From: an uncultured virus (IMG/VR IMGVR_UViG_3300021495_000067)
Taxonomy: Duplodnaviria; Heunggongvirae; Uroviricota; Caudoviricetes
Strand: one strand, 5' to 3'
Length of the DNA stretch: 64,000 nucleotides
Virus record (IMG/VR): IMGVR_UViG_3300021495_000067
In this document: piece by piece, positions 49,313-59,169 of the stretch
How positions within the stretch are numbered: the stretch's first letter is position 1
Layout of the letters: each line of letters opens with the position of its first letter
Notes under the pieces: generated by a model
Told to the model about the DNA's origin: nothing
Databases searched by the model: none
Seen by the model: only the letters and a program-made list of their open reading frames with translations
Made by a program: the position numbers and the translations under genes

Positions 49313-52300
49313 AGCTTTGGTTTGCCTATTAACTGGTTTATTACAGATGTTAATTCTGTGCTGTGTTTTGCTTTAGTTCTGGATTTTTGTTGTGGCAATC
49401 CTACTACACCGAATATCTCCTTTAATGTTGGTATGGGATGGTATTCAAACCATTCGTAAGGACTTCTACGATATTTCCTATGTCTTGGTCTCTTTTTCTT
49501 CTCATGTGGAAAAGGGAAATAAAATAAAATCTCTGGTGGTTTTATTTCTGGTGTAGGTGTCTTTAACATCTCTTTTGGTCGCTGTATTTCAGGAAATCGT
49601 ATTTTAGGGATTCGTATAGATGGTGTAGCAGGTGGTGTACTAGTTATAGGTAAAGGAATTGATATTTGCTTACTTCTAAATCTTTCCAGAGATATAGGCT
49701 CAAATTTGTATTCTTCATAAGATAGAGGAACAAATTTTTGCCATTCATAAGGTGTATATTTAGTTCGCTTCTTTTCTTCTAATCTCTCAATATAGTCTCT
49801 TGCTTCTTTAAATGCTTTTGGTTCTTTAGTAGAGGGTAAATAAAATGGTAAAGCAGGCATTCTTACTTTTCTTCTTATTTTTGGTTTCCATATCAGTATA
49901 GGTTCAATTCTGGGCTTTGTTACTATACTTTCTTTGAACTCTTCATAAATTGTTCTTGGTTGCTTAATTTTATGAGTTTTTTTACCTGTTATCACTTCTT
50001 CTATATCTTTTGTTGTTAATTTAACCTCTTCTATCTCAGGCTTTTGCTCAGTTTTTTGTAATACAATCTGTCCACCACCAACTTCTTTTTCTTTTAGCGC
50101 GCCTCCTTGAGCTTCTCGCTTATATTTAGTTCCTTCTTCTTTTAGTTTTTTAATTTTTCCTTCTCTTCCTATACTTATAAATCTTGCTGATTCAGATAAT
50201 TCTTTTCCCATAGATTCCATCCTTCTTTTAATTGACTCAGCTTCTCCTATCATTAACCCCCTATCTGTGTATTTTACACGCAATCCTTTCCCTGATGAAA
50301 TTCTGCCTACTCGTATAGGCAATATTCTTTCAGGTTTGGTTATTGCGGATATTTCGCCATATACCTGTGGGAACTTTAATGACTCCATCAATGTTCTGAA
50401 ATATTCAGCAGTTGAGCCTAAAACTAAAACCTTTGGCTCTTTTGGCTTTGGCTCTTTTATACGCTTAAATCTGATTTGTAATGGCAAATCTTCTGGTAAT
50501 GTTAATACTGATTTTTTGTATATTTCATAATGAGATTCCCCTATTTTTGGTTCTCTCATTAATCCTAAAAGATGTTTTGTTGTGTATTCAGGGTAGAGTT
50601 GAGGCTTAACTATTCGTTTAATCATCTCTTGTGCTATTGGTTCTTGTGCTGGTTTCATCATGGATTTAATTTTTGCCTTTTCAGCCTCTGTTAAACCTGA
50701 AATCCATTGCTCTTCTCCTAATCCTATTCGTGCCAGAGCAGGTGGTTTACCCTTAAATCCACTTGTAAGTCGCACTTCGTATTTAGGGTGTTTATAGCCT
50801 ATTATTTTTAGTTCTTCGCCTTTAACAATACCTGATGTCATCATCTCTGGTGGTAGATGTGATGGTCTTGGCAGTTTTGGCATTTCAATTCTCGGTGTAG
50901 GAACAGCACCACCATATATCTCTGATGGTGCTATCCCTGATGTAAATACTGTTTCATAAGGTTCTTTTTTCATTTCCAATTTTCTCTTTCCAAGTTCTTC
51001 AAGTCTTCTTGCTCGTGCTATACCACCTCGTGCTCGGTGCATTGCCAAATACTCTTCAATTGATTTTATATCTGATAATGACCACTGCCTTACTGGTTTT
51101 TTGATTCCTTTTCTAATTCTAAAGCCACCATATATCTTTTTTATAGTAGTAGACGGTATTTCTATAATATTTTTGATATATGGTGGTGCTTTCATACCAA
51201 TATATGAACCTGCGCCCATCTCTGCCATCTCTACTGATGTCCTACCCAATACTTCTCCTTTTTTCTCTAATGTTGGTGCTTTATAGGTTTCATAGCCCAC
51301 TCCACCTGCATAGCCTGCACCCATGCCACCTAAAATAATTTTTGGTGCGTATTTCGTTATGCGGGGTAGTTTAGTAGCTAATCCAGCACCTTTCCAAACC
51401 GCACCTGCACCTTTGAATACAGGTGGCATTGCTGCAAATGATGCTACTGTTATCGCTCCTTTTATTGGATGCTCTCGTATCTCTTCAATCGCTCCCACTT
51501 TTATGCCCGCTTCAATTTGAGCAGCTTTCTTCTCCCATTTGAATGATTCTGGTGGCAAACCAAACATTCTTCTGTATGTGCTATAAGTCTTTTTACCTCT
51601 AATATATGATTCTTCTATCGCTTCTCGTTGCTCTTTACTCAGTTCTGCTCCTCTCCATTTATATGTCTGCTCAACTGCTTTAACTAAATCTCCAGGCGTT
51701 TTTACCTCCGCATAAGGTCTTACTGGTGGAATAGCCTTTTTAACATAAGGTGAATATTTCTTCTCTGTTGCCTCTATATACTTTGTTATACGCTTTATTG
51801 GCTCTACTGATGCTTCAAATACTGTTGGTGGCTTGGTTTGCTCAGGTATATGAACAGTAGGAACTTTACCTGTGGCTTTTATTTCTTGCATTAATGGACT
51901 ATAAACTACTGGAATTTCTGACTTTTTAGTAGTTACTGCTGGTTTTACTACTGTTTGTTTCGGTATTGAAACACGCACCGATGGCTGAACAGGACGCTGT
52001 TGTTCTCTTTTTATTGATTCTCTGAGCTGTTGCACTTGCTTATTATATTCACTTATTTGTGATTCCAATGTTTTAGAAATACCTCCTACTGTCCCCGCCA
52101 ATAATCCATATTTCACTATTTCCTCTGGTGTCCATCCTCCTTTTTCATATTTTCCATATTTAGCTTTTGCTTCCTCTGCTAAATGTGTTGTAGCTTTAAT
52201 TTGCTTTTCTAACATTGCACGCTGGGTTTGTAATCTCTGTAAATCTTGCATTACTTTAGATTGACTGTCCAATGCTTTCTTGAGTTCAATAGCACTGGGC

Positions 52301-52965
52301 TTAGTTTCTGATTGTGTTGCTTTGAGATATGATTCCTTTATCTGTCTTGCTATCTGTTCATATTCTTTCAAATAGCCACCTGCCCATGCTGGTGCTACTA
52401 TTCCATACTTCTTAGCCCCTATTTCTATCTCTTTCTTAATCTGCTCTGCTACTTCAGGGCGTTTGTAATGCCCACTTTCGTATTTCCATTTCAGAATACC
52501 ATAGTATTCAGGTTCAGATGGTGCAGATGGTATTGGAACGAACTCATAAGTGCCAGTTTTAGGATTCCATTTTGCAGTGCCCCACTTATAACCCAATGCT
52601 TTTGCTTGTGATGGCGACATTGCTGCTATACCCATTTCACTTACTGACTTACCACCTTCTTCTATTTTTACCCAATGACCAGCATGGACTCGTTTCTTAC
52701 TCGCTTCTAATGCTTTTTTCATCTCTTCATAACGTCTTCGCTCTTCCCTTCTACGCCTCGCTTCCCTTCTTCGTTGCGCTTCTCTTATCTTTCGTTCTGT
52801 TTCTCTCTTTGCTCTTTCTATCTCTGCTATCTTCTCTGCTTTATATCGCTCAATAGCCTTTCTGCGCACTAACGAAGGATACAATGGCACTTTACCATGC
52901 TCTATACGTGATACCACTTCCTGATACACACGCTCACTTATCTGTGGCTGTTGCTTAGTATTCAT
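49309..52965 (-). CDS. Very large basic, Pro/Lys/Glu-rich protein with coiled coils and a central Gly/Ala hydrophobic stretch
   Basis: 1218-aa ORF; no recognisable enzyme motif. Confidence 0.75.
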   Translation of the reverse strand: MNTKQQPQISERVYQEVVSRIEHGKVPLYPSLVRRKAIERYKAEKIAEIERAKRETERKIREAQRRREARRRREERRRYEEMKKALEASKKRVHAGHWVKIEEGGKSVSEMGIAAMSPSQAKALGYKWGTAKWNPKTGTYEFVPIPSAPSEPEYYGILKWKYESGHYKRPEVAEQIKKEIEIGAKKYGIVAPAWAGGYLKEYEQIARQIKESYLKATQSETKPSAIELKKALDSQSKVMQDLQRLQTQRAMLEKQIKATTHLAEEAKAKYGKYEKGGWTPEEIVKYGLLAGTVGGISKTLESQISEYNKQVQQLRESIKREQQRPVQPSVRVSIPKQTVVKPAVTTKKSEIPVVYSPLMQEIKATGKVPTVHIPEQTKPPTVFEASVEPIKRITKYIEATEKKYSPYVKKAIPPVRPYAEVKTPGDLVKAVEQTYKWRGAELSKEQREAIEESYIRGKKTYSTYRRMFGLPPESFKWEKKAAQIEAGIKVGAIEEIREHPIKGAITVASFAAMPPVFKGAGAVWKGAGLATKLPRITKYAPKIILGGMGAGYAGGVGYETYKAPTLEKKGEVLGRTSVEMAEMGAGSYIGMKAPPYIKNIIEIPSTTIKKIYGGFRIRKGIKKPVRQWSLSDIKSIEEYLAMHRARGGIARARRLEELGKRKLEMKKEPYETVFTSGIAPSEIYGGAVPTPRIEMPKLPRPSHLPPEMMTSGIVKGEELKIIGYKHPKYEVRLTSGFKGKPPALARIGLGEEQWISGLTEAEKAKIKSMMKPAQEPIAQEMIKRIVKPQLYPEYTTKHLLGLMREPKIGESHYEIYKKSVLTLPEDLPLQIRFKRIKEPKPKEPKVLVLGSTAEYFRTLMESLKFPQVYGEISAITKPERILPIRVGRISSGKGLRVKYTDRGLMIGEAESIKRRMESMGKELSESARFISIGREGKIKKLKEEGTKYKREAQGGALKEKEVGGGQIVLQKTEQKPEIEEVKLTTKDIEEVITGKKTHKIKQPRTIYEEFKESIVTKPRIEPILIWKPKIRRKVRMPALPFYLPSTKEPKAFKEARDYIERLEEKKRTKYTPYEWQKFVPLSYEEYKFEPISLERFRSKQISIPLPITSTPPATPSIRIPKIRFPEIQRPKEMLKTPTPEIKPPEILFYFPFPHEKKKRPRHRKYRRSPYEWFEYHPIPTLKEIFGVVGLPQQKSRTKAKHSTELTSVINQLIGKPKL

Positions 52966-52997
52966 TGCTCACCTCTTCTTTTGTTTCCCCACTCTTA

Positions 52998-53312
52998 CTA
53001 CTTACTAATTTCGCTCAAAAATTGTTCTTTTAATTCAATAAACCTGACTGGATTCTCACCTGCCACCTCAAATGCTACAAGTGCATCAATTAATGCTCCT
53101 ATTTCCATATCTGTATAGCCGCCATCAGCTCTTGCCATCATGTTTCGTATTAACACACTACTTTCATGCAATGTATGTGCAACCATCGCTTCTATATTCT
53201 TTACTTCCTCTACCTTCTCTGTATCCTCTTCTTCTATCTCTATATTTTCCTCTGCTGTAACTTCATTATCATTCTTTTCCTTTATTATTCGTCTTCTTTG
53301 TTGTTTTTCCAT
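52998..53312 (-). CDS. Acidic hypothetical protein
   Basis: ORF with GAGGAGG RBS. Confidence 0.6.
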   Translation of the reverse strand: MEKQQRRRIIKEKNDNEVTAEENIEIEEEDTEKVEEVKNIEAMVAHTLHESSVLIRNMMARADGGYTDMEIGALIDALVAFEVAGENPVRFIELKEQFLSEISK

Positions 53313-53325
53313 TTTTTATACCTCC

Positions 53326-53646
53326 TCAATATGTCATATATTCTTCCTCTTCATATAAATCATATCTCAATTTCCGTGTGGCGCTTATTATGAAGTTCGT
53401 TACGCCTATTATAGGCAATGTATAGATTACTATATGCACCATTGTAATAAAGAATTGAGCATCATGTGATGATTGTGGCTCATAAAACTTCCAACTACCA
53501 CCCAAGTTATACATATCTGCACAAACCAATACATCATGTATCTGGTCAACACCAACACCAATACTCATTGCTGATACAATACTTATCAATATACAAAATA
53601 ACATAATAAAGAAACTTTCAATCAGATGCTTGCTGTATGTATTCAT
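53326..53646 (-). CDS. Two-TM hairpin protein (minor capsid-like)
   Basis: Two hydrophobic helices separated by a polar loop, like the neighbouring capsid-like proteins. Confidence 0.55.
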   Translation of the reverse strand: MNTYSKHLIESFFIMLFCILISIVSAMSIGVGVDQIHDVLVCADMYNLGGSWKFYEPQSSHDAQFFITMVHIVIYTLPIIGVTNFIISATRKLRYDLYEEEEYMTY

Positions 53647-54128
53647 TTCATTCCCCACCTCGCCATAATATTCTCCGCCCAATTTATAAGGACATCTCTT
53701 TCTTTATTTTGTGTATTTATTTCTTTTTTATTATTTTCTGTTCTATTTTCTGTTTTAGCTATTTTGTTCTGCTCTATATTTTCATAATTCCCATATTGGC
53801 CCATAAATGTTTGTATATATCGCTCTCCAAAAGGTTGTAGTTTTTGTAGTTTATCCCATATTTTTAAAACTATATCATGAACTACATCATAAATTTCTAT
53901 AAACTTCTCTTTTTTCTTTCTCTGTTGGTATTTTGCATATAAATATATCTTAGCATCATCCACAGTAACACCTTCAAGCTTTTTGGATAATTGTTTCGCC
54001 TCAATATCCAGTTTGGACATGGCTTCAGATTCTTTATATTGCACTATTGCCTGCTCTACACGCCGAATCACTTCCTTATTTCTTCTCATCATCTCTCTTT
54101 CACTGATACTATACTTATTAGAAGACAT
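53643..54128 (-). CDS. Hypothetical protein, paralog of 54148-54516
   Basis: Shared RVEQAI...A..YL...A(E/D)NIM..W pattern. Confidence 0.65.
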   Translation of the reverse strand: MSSNKYSISEREMMRRNKEVIRRVEQAIVQYKESEAMSKLDIEAKQLSKKLEGVTVDDAKIYLYAKYQQRKKKEKFIEIYDVVHDIVLKIWDKLQKLQPFGERYIQTFMGQYGNYENIEQNKIAKTENRTENNKKEINTQNKERDVLINWAENIMARWGMK

Positions 54129-54147
54129 AATAAAGAGTATACTTCTC

Positions 54148-54516
54148 TCATCTCCAGAATTTCATAATATTATCAGCGTATTGAGTTAGTCCAGTTTGGT
54201 CTTTGTTAGTTCCTTTCTGTCTTTTATTACCTGTTTGTTCTTCATTGAGTAGTTGCTCGTATCTGTTTGCAAATGCTTGCATATCATCCATCATTTTCTT
54301 TAATTTCTTTCGTGCATGTTTGAGTTTCTTTTGTCGTTGTGCCTTACGCAACTGCATACGCAAATATGCTATTGCATCTGATTTACTTACACCATACTTC
54401 TTCACCATCTCCTCTGCCTTCTTTTCTATCTCCTTAGAACTGGTGAGTTCATTATATCGCTTAATAGCCTGCTCTACACGCTTTGCCGCCTTCTTATCTA
54501 TTTTCATTTTCTTCAT
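54148..54516 (-). CDS. Basic helical protein, paralog of 53643-54128
   Basis: Shared RVEQAI and NIM..W motifs. Confidence 0.65.
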   Translation of the reverse strand: MKKMKIDKKAAKRVEQAIKRYNELTSSKEIEKKAEEMVKKYGVSKSDAIAYLRMQLRKAQRQKKLKHARKKLKKMMDDMQAFANRYEQLLNEEQTGNKRQKGTNKDQTGLTQYADNIMKFWR

Positions 54517-54519
54517 TTT

Positions 54520-54795
54520 TTAATCACCTCCTACTCGTTTCCTCAATAGTGCTATTACTATCGGATATATGAGGAAGAACCCTATTAATGCGAATATTGG
54601 TATAGCTTTAAACATTGTTACAGTGAAACTAAATGCTTTCTGCGTGCCAATAGAAACCATTTCATTGTTTATCATATTATTGAACTCCTCTATTAAGGCA
54701 TTCACTATTGGCATTGAAACAATGTATACAGCAGTGCATACGAGTAATGCCAGAACTATTACGAAGAATCCGAATGCCACTCCTTTGTTATCCAT
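54520..54795 (-). CDS. Two-TM hairpin protein with a prepilin-like leader (capsid-like)
   Basis: MDNKG followed directly by a hydrophobic helix; second TM helix and basic tail. Confidence 0.6.
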   Translation of the reverse strand: MDNKGVAFGFFVIVLALLVCTAVYIVSMPIVNALIEEFNNMINNEMVSIGTQKAFSFTVTMFKAIPIFALIGFFLIYPIVIALLRKRVGGD

Positions 54796-54991
54796 AGGGT
54801 TCTTCCTCAATAATAATATAAGTTTCTTTTTATATATATTATTTTATCAAATTCAAATTTCGCTTCATAAACTACAAATTTTGCAAAACTCGCATCTGGT
54901 TTTTGATAGGCGCTCTATCTATTCTAATATTAGAGGAAATCGAAAATCGGGGGTTCGGGGGTTTAGATATTTATTGCGAAATCTGAGTGCA

Positions 54992-55966
54992 TCAAGCCCC
55001 CGCGCCCGCTTCTATCTGTTGCAATTCTGTATTATTTCTTTCTTTTTCTTTGAGCCAATTACGGAAATTCTTTCTATCACAATCAACTATTTCACATGCT
55101 TTTCTTTGACTTAATCCTGCTGCTATCATTTTTTCCACTGCTCTGTATTTCTCTTCATTTGTGAATTTTTTCACAGGTTTGTTTTTCTTTTCCTTTTTCT
55201 CTCTTTCTTCCTCATCAGCTTTCATACGCTCTACTCGTATCTCTCTTGCTGCTTCTCGTCGTAACTTGTCATACTGCTCCCATAACTCTTTTGGTGGTGT
55301 TGGAGAAGCGAATCGCACTACTGCTACCCCCTCTGTTGTTCTGGGATAGTGATAATGTGGTGCATGACCTCGTGGCTTGCCTACTACATAAAACACTTTC
55401 GGCAGTGTCCAGCCATAATCAAATAATGACATATCCATCTCTATCTGATAATTCACCAAATTTCTCGGAACTTTGTCTATCAAAAAGTCCGATATTATTG
55501 ACATCATCACTACTGTATTCTCTGTTCTAAAGACCTGAAAGACATCATTTAATAACCGATTGCCACGAGACATCGCCTCTCGTGCACTCCATGCTATTCC
55601 TATATCATCAAAACAATAAACATTATACTGCTTTACATCCGATAATACCTCCTTTACTCGTCTCTCGTCCATTACTACTATATTATCAAGATTAAAATAA
55701 TCACTCCATTTCTTATTAACTCCTTTTTTACGGTTCTGGATACGTGCTATCTCACATGCTATACCATAGCCCAGCGTTAAACTCAGCCAGCTCTTGCCTC
55801 TACCCTGCATACCTACCACTATTATACGTGCATCCTGATTATGTTTGGATGTAACTTTTCTTGCTATCTCAACTGCTAATGGCTGCTTTGGTGCTTGATT
55901 TATGAACGGACTTAATTCATCTGCACCTTCCAGAACTTCATATACTGGCACTTCGCTGTATTTCAT
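54992..55966 (-). CDS. P-loop ATPase with C-terminal HTH (putative morphogenesis/packaging ATPase)
   Basis: IIVVGMQGRGKS Walker A, YCFDD Walker B, LIDKVPR and C-terminal GLSQRKACEIVDCDRKNFRNWL. Confidence 0.8.
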   Translation of the reverse strand: MKYSEVPVYEVLEGADELSPFINQAPKQPLAVEIARKVTSKHNQDARIIVVGMQGRGKSWLSLTLGYGIACEIARIQNRKKGVNKKWSDYFNLDNIVVMDERRVKEVLSDVKQYNVYCFDDIGIAWSAREAMSRGNRLLNDVFQVFRTENTVVMMSIISDFLIDKVPRNLVNYQIEMDMSLFDYGWTLPKVFYVVGKPRGHAPHYHYPRTTEGVAVVRFASPTPPKELWEQYDKLRREAAREIRVERMKADEEEREKKEKKNKPVKKFTNEEKYRAVEKMIAAGLSQRKACEIVDCDRKNFRNWLKEKERNNTELQQIEAGAGA

Positions 55967-56529
55967 TCTTCTTCGTTCACCTCCTCCTCAGTATATTCAC
56001 CATCCGAATAATCACTACCTTCCTCTACTCTACCTGCTTCTTCTATCTTTACGCCCATCTTTTTTAAATCATCCTCACATAAATTCAAATCTGTAATAAT
56101 AGGTGGTGCATCCAGATTTTTCATATCCTCTGGCGCTATTAATAACCCTATTGTCTGTCGCTTTTCGTATTTCTCATCAAATAATCCTATTATATTCGCC
56201 ATTGTCTTTACTGACTCCTCTATCCTTATCCTGCCTATTTCTGCATTTGTTATTGAACCACCATTATTCGATTTCTGCTCCTTAATACGGTCTCTTATTC
56301 GTTGTTCCAATTCAATCATCAAATCTTCTTTCTTATGGCGCACATAGCCCATACCCAGCCATGTTAATAGCTCTGGACGTATATCTGTTTCGCTTTTCAA
56401 ATCTGCAACTGTTGATGCATATATGCTTATAAAGGTATAAAAAGAAGGTACTAACCCCGTATCTATACGCTCTTGTAGCCCTAACTCAAATTTGCGCACC
56501 TTTATATTATCAAATTTCGTTCTCATCAT
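55963..56529 (-). CDS. Hypothetical protein
   Basis: 188-aa ORF coupled to the ATPase. Confidence 0.65.
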   Translation of the reverse strand: MMRTKFDNIKVRKFELGLQERIDTGLVPSFYTFISIYASTVADLKSETDIRPELLTWLGMGYVRHKKEDLMIELEQRIRDRIKEQKSNNGGSITNAEIGRIRIEESVKTMANIIGLFDEKYEKRQTIGLLIAPEDMKNLDAPPIITDLNLCEDDLKKMGVKIEEAGRVEEGSDYSDGEYTEEEVNEEE

Positions 56530-56539
56530 TTCTGCCCAA

Positions 56540-56896
56540 TCACCTCCTGAAACTCAGAATACCTTTATCAAATAATGCCTGACTGTATTTAAGAAATAAT
56601 TCTATTCCTTTCTTTTGATTGGATAATACACCATCATTAAACCACTTATCTACATCATCAAGCAATTTCTTATTATCATCACGTTTAAGGCTATTATCAA
56701 CCCTTGTAAAGTAAAATAATGATTGAAATTTTGAAGCAAAATTGACATAAAAAAGTTTCTGATTACCTGCATGGCGTAATGAACTATTTCTATATAATTC
56801 AAGATACTTTATCGCTGCACGATAGCAATCTTCAATATCTCGCTTGATACTATCCGATTTCTCTATTGGCTTTACATTATTGTCATGTGTATCCAT
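56540..56896 (-). CDS. Hypothetical protein
   Basis: ORF with GAGGTGA RBS. Confidence 0.65.
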   Translation of the reverse strand: MDTHDNNVKPIEKSDSIKRDIEDCYRAAIKYLELYRNSSLRHAGNQKLFYVNFASKFQSLFYFTRVDNSLKRDDNKKLLDDVDKWFNDGVLSNQKKGIELFLKYSQALFDKGILSFRR

Positions 56897-56945
56897 CAGT
56901 TATCACCTCTTTAATTAATAATTTAATTTCTCAATATTTAAATTT

Positions 56946-57728
56946 TTAACTCCGCTCCTTTAACATGCTGTAAATCACACCGAAGATACTGAATGAGACA
57001 AGTAGGATTGCTGGTAGATGGAACTCCGCAGGTGCAAATCCCAATAATGCACCACCTACAATTATGCCTATCACTGACGGTATCATAATGTTCTCTTGTC
57101 GCAACCATAACATTAAGAAGAATACACCAAAGAAAATAACAAAGAATAAATTGCCTATGATGTTTGTGTATGGCGTTACTGTGCTTTCTGCAAAATTAAA
57201 GAAATCAGGCACTGCACTCTCATTTATAGCTCCTTCGTATCCTGTTAAGGCTGTTATGAGTGCATAATATGGGGTATCATCTATACTGGCTACTGTCTCA
57301 TTAGTTTTTATACGTAATACACAGCATTTTACTGTGTCTTTGGCTGTATGTCCAGCATTGTCTGTTACTGTTAATGTAACATACCATGAACGCCAGTATG
57401 AAGGATAAACATGTGTAACATAAATAGAAGATTCGTTTGTTTCATTTATTGTGCTATTACCATCACCAAAGTTCCAGTTGTATGTATATGGTGGAGTGGC
57501 ATTTATCCCACCCACAGTAGCATTAAATTCTGCTGTTTGGTTTATAGTTATTGGACAATTACATGATACTGATACTACAAAATCCACTGGTGGTGGTGTC
57601 GGTGTCGGTTCTGGGACTATCCAGTGAACAAGAAAGCCTTGATACTCTGCTAATACTACACCTGATATTATACCCAATACTATGCATATTAAAAAAATGG
57701 GAATAAATATTTTTTTTAATTCGAGCAT
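56946..57728 (-). CDS. PKD-domain membrane protein
   Basis: Signal/TM helix, PT linker, YTYNWNFGDG...HVY...VTLTVTD (PKD) and three C-terminal TM helices. Confidence 0.85.
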   Translation of the reverse strand: MLELKKIFIPIFLICIVLGIISGVVLAEYQGFLVHWIVPEPTPTPPPVDFVVSVSCNCPITINQTAEFNATVGGINATPPYTYNWNFGDGNSTINETNESSIYVTHVYPSYWRSWYVTLTVTDNAGHTAKDTVKCCVLRIKTNETVASIDDTPYYALITALTGYEGAINESAVPDFFNFAESTVTPYTNIIGNLFFVIFFGVFFLMLWLRQENIMIPSVIGIIVGGALLGFAPAEFHLPAILLVSFSIFGVIYSMLKERS

Positions 57729-57735
57729 TTTCTTT

Positions 57736-58560
57736 TTATATAACTTTTATTTTTAAAGTTGCCCTCGCTCCCACATTGAATGTTGATGCATCTACATATT
57801 TGTTCTTCCTGCCTACTTCTATCCATTTTTCAAACTTCTCTGGCAATTTGCCTTCCTTTTCTGCTTGATATTTTGCTCTTGTTATCATCTCCTGCTCCTC
57901 TGGTGTTGATTCTCTCCTCAATACCTGCCAGAACCATTTCTTTGCCTGTTCCTTATCTGGTCGCACTGCGTTAATATTAATTGTGTAATTCCCTTTTGGT
58001 GGCTCTTTCTTGATTGTTACATTTATTGTTAATCGCTTAACCCAATCCTTTGCAAATACTGGGAATGTTGGTTTTAATAGGAACTGGTTAGGTGTAATCT
58101 CTACATCAAAATATTCATTATCCTCAGGCACGAGTTTTATGCCTTGATAGGTCTCTATGCCATAGCCTGTGCGATAGAGAACAGTAAAGTTAATCCATGA
58201 ACCTACCTCTGTGGTAGTGAATACAACTTCGGGGTCTGCTGGATATGCGCCATGACCGTAAACCCCCCATCGGCTGTAATCATGTTGCTCATAAAAATGC
58301 TTTGCACTGCCCCAATTTGGATAAAAATCAGGTTGTAGCCAGTAGGATTCATTAAGTTCTGAAATGTCTATGTAGCCACTATCCATCTCTCGCTTTATTA
58401 ATGCATAGTCGTCAGGCTTGTCTGGTATGTTCTTCATATAATCTATTGGTGGCACTTGTTTTATGTCAGCATTAAAAGAATAGGTCTGGTAGGAGATAGC
58501 TATAACTACTCCTACCACTACTATCATTACTACTCCAACCAGAATGCCTAATTTGTTCAT
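57736..58560 (-). CDS. Membrane-anchored virion-associated protein
   Basis: N-terminal TM helix and beta-rich ectodomain. Confidence 0.65.
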   Translation of the reverse strand: MNKLGILVGVVMIVVVGVVIAISYQTYSFNADIKQVPPIDYMKNIPDKPDDYALIKREMDSGYIDISELNESYWLQPDFYPNWGSAKHFYEQHDYSRWGVYGHGAYPADPEVVFTTTEVGSWINFTVLYRTGYGIETYQGIKLVPEDNEYFDVEITPNQFLLKPTFPVFAKDWVKRLTINVTIKKEPPKGNYTININAVRPDKEQAKKWFWQVLRRESTPEEQEMITRAKYQAEKEGKLPEKFEKWIEVGRKNKYVDASTFNVGARATLKIKVI

Positions 58561-58587
58561 TTCTGCTCCAATTATCTACTCACTTCA

Positions 58588-59112
58588 TTAAGATATACTG
58601 GCACTTATCATCAATGTTCGTGTCGTATCTCCTCCAGATGCGTTTGTTATATTGCTCCAGAAATATACTGCTCTTTGCTGCCCCGAATTAACAAATCCAA
58701 GAAATGCTACTGGTGTTGTGTTAAATTCTATTGCATCTGCTTGGTCTGGAACCACACCTGGACTGAGAGCTCTAACCTTAATTGTAGCCCATGATGGCTT
58801 TGCTGAGGTTAGATTACAGTAGAAATCCAACTCAGTATTGCCTGTATTCTCAATAGTTATTATTGGTGTAGTATTTGCTGCATCCTGCCCATCAGGTTCA
58901 ATTAAGTTTTCGGTTGTAGATGATGCTGTGAAATTTATCTGTGTCTGGCTGCCTGCGAAAGTCACTGTAAAGCTCGTATCTGAAGGTATACTCCATAATA
59001 CTGTTCCTGTCCAGGGATTATCGGCGTCATAAGCTATCGCTGTGCTTGCTATCCCTGATATTACTACCATCGCTGATATTACTATTGCAGATATTTTTTC
59101 TATTTTTTCCAT
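58588..59112 (-). CDS. Secreted Ig-like protein
   Basis: Signal peptide; ITIENTGN motif; resembles the C-terminus of 59170-61500. Confidence 0.7.
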   Translation of the reverse strand: MEKIEKISAIVISAMVVISGIASTAIAYDADNPWTGTVLWSIPSDTSFTVTFAGSQTQINFTASSTTENLIEPDGQDAANTTPIITIENTGNTELDFYCNLTSAKPSWATIKVRALSPGVVPDQADAIEFNTTPVAFLGFVNSGQQRAVYFWSNITNASGGDTTRTLMISASIS

Positions 59113-59169
59113 TTTTTCTTTTTATTTCACCTCCTAACATATATTTAGATTTAGAGATATAAAAAAGTT

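Noticed and set aside
54940..54965. CGGGGGTT x2 G-run repeat downstream of the ATPase
   Set aside because: Only two short copies with no supporting structure, so no function can be assigned.
57588..57616. GGT-rich repeat resembling a second GGY array
   Set aside because: Its period is 3/6 and it is the reverse complement of the PEPTPTPPP linker codons of the PKD protein.
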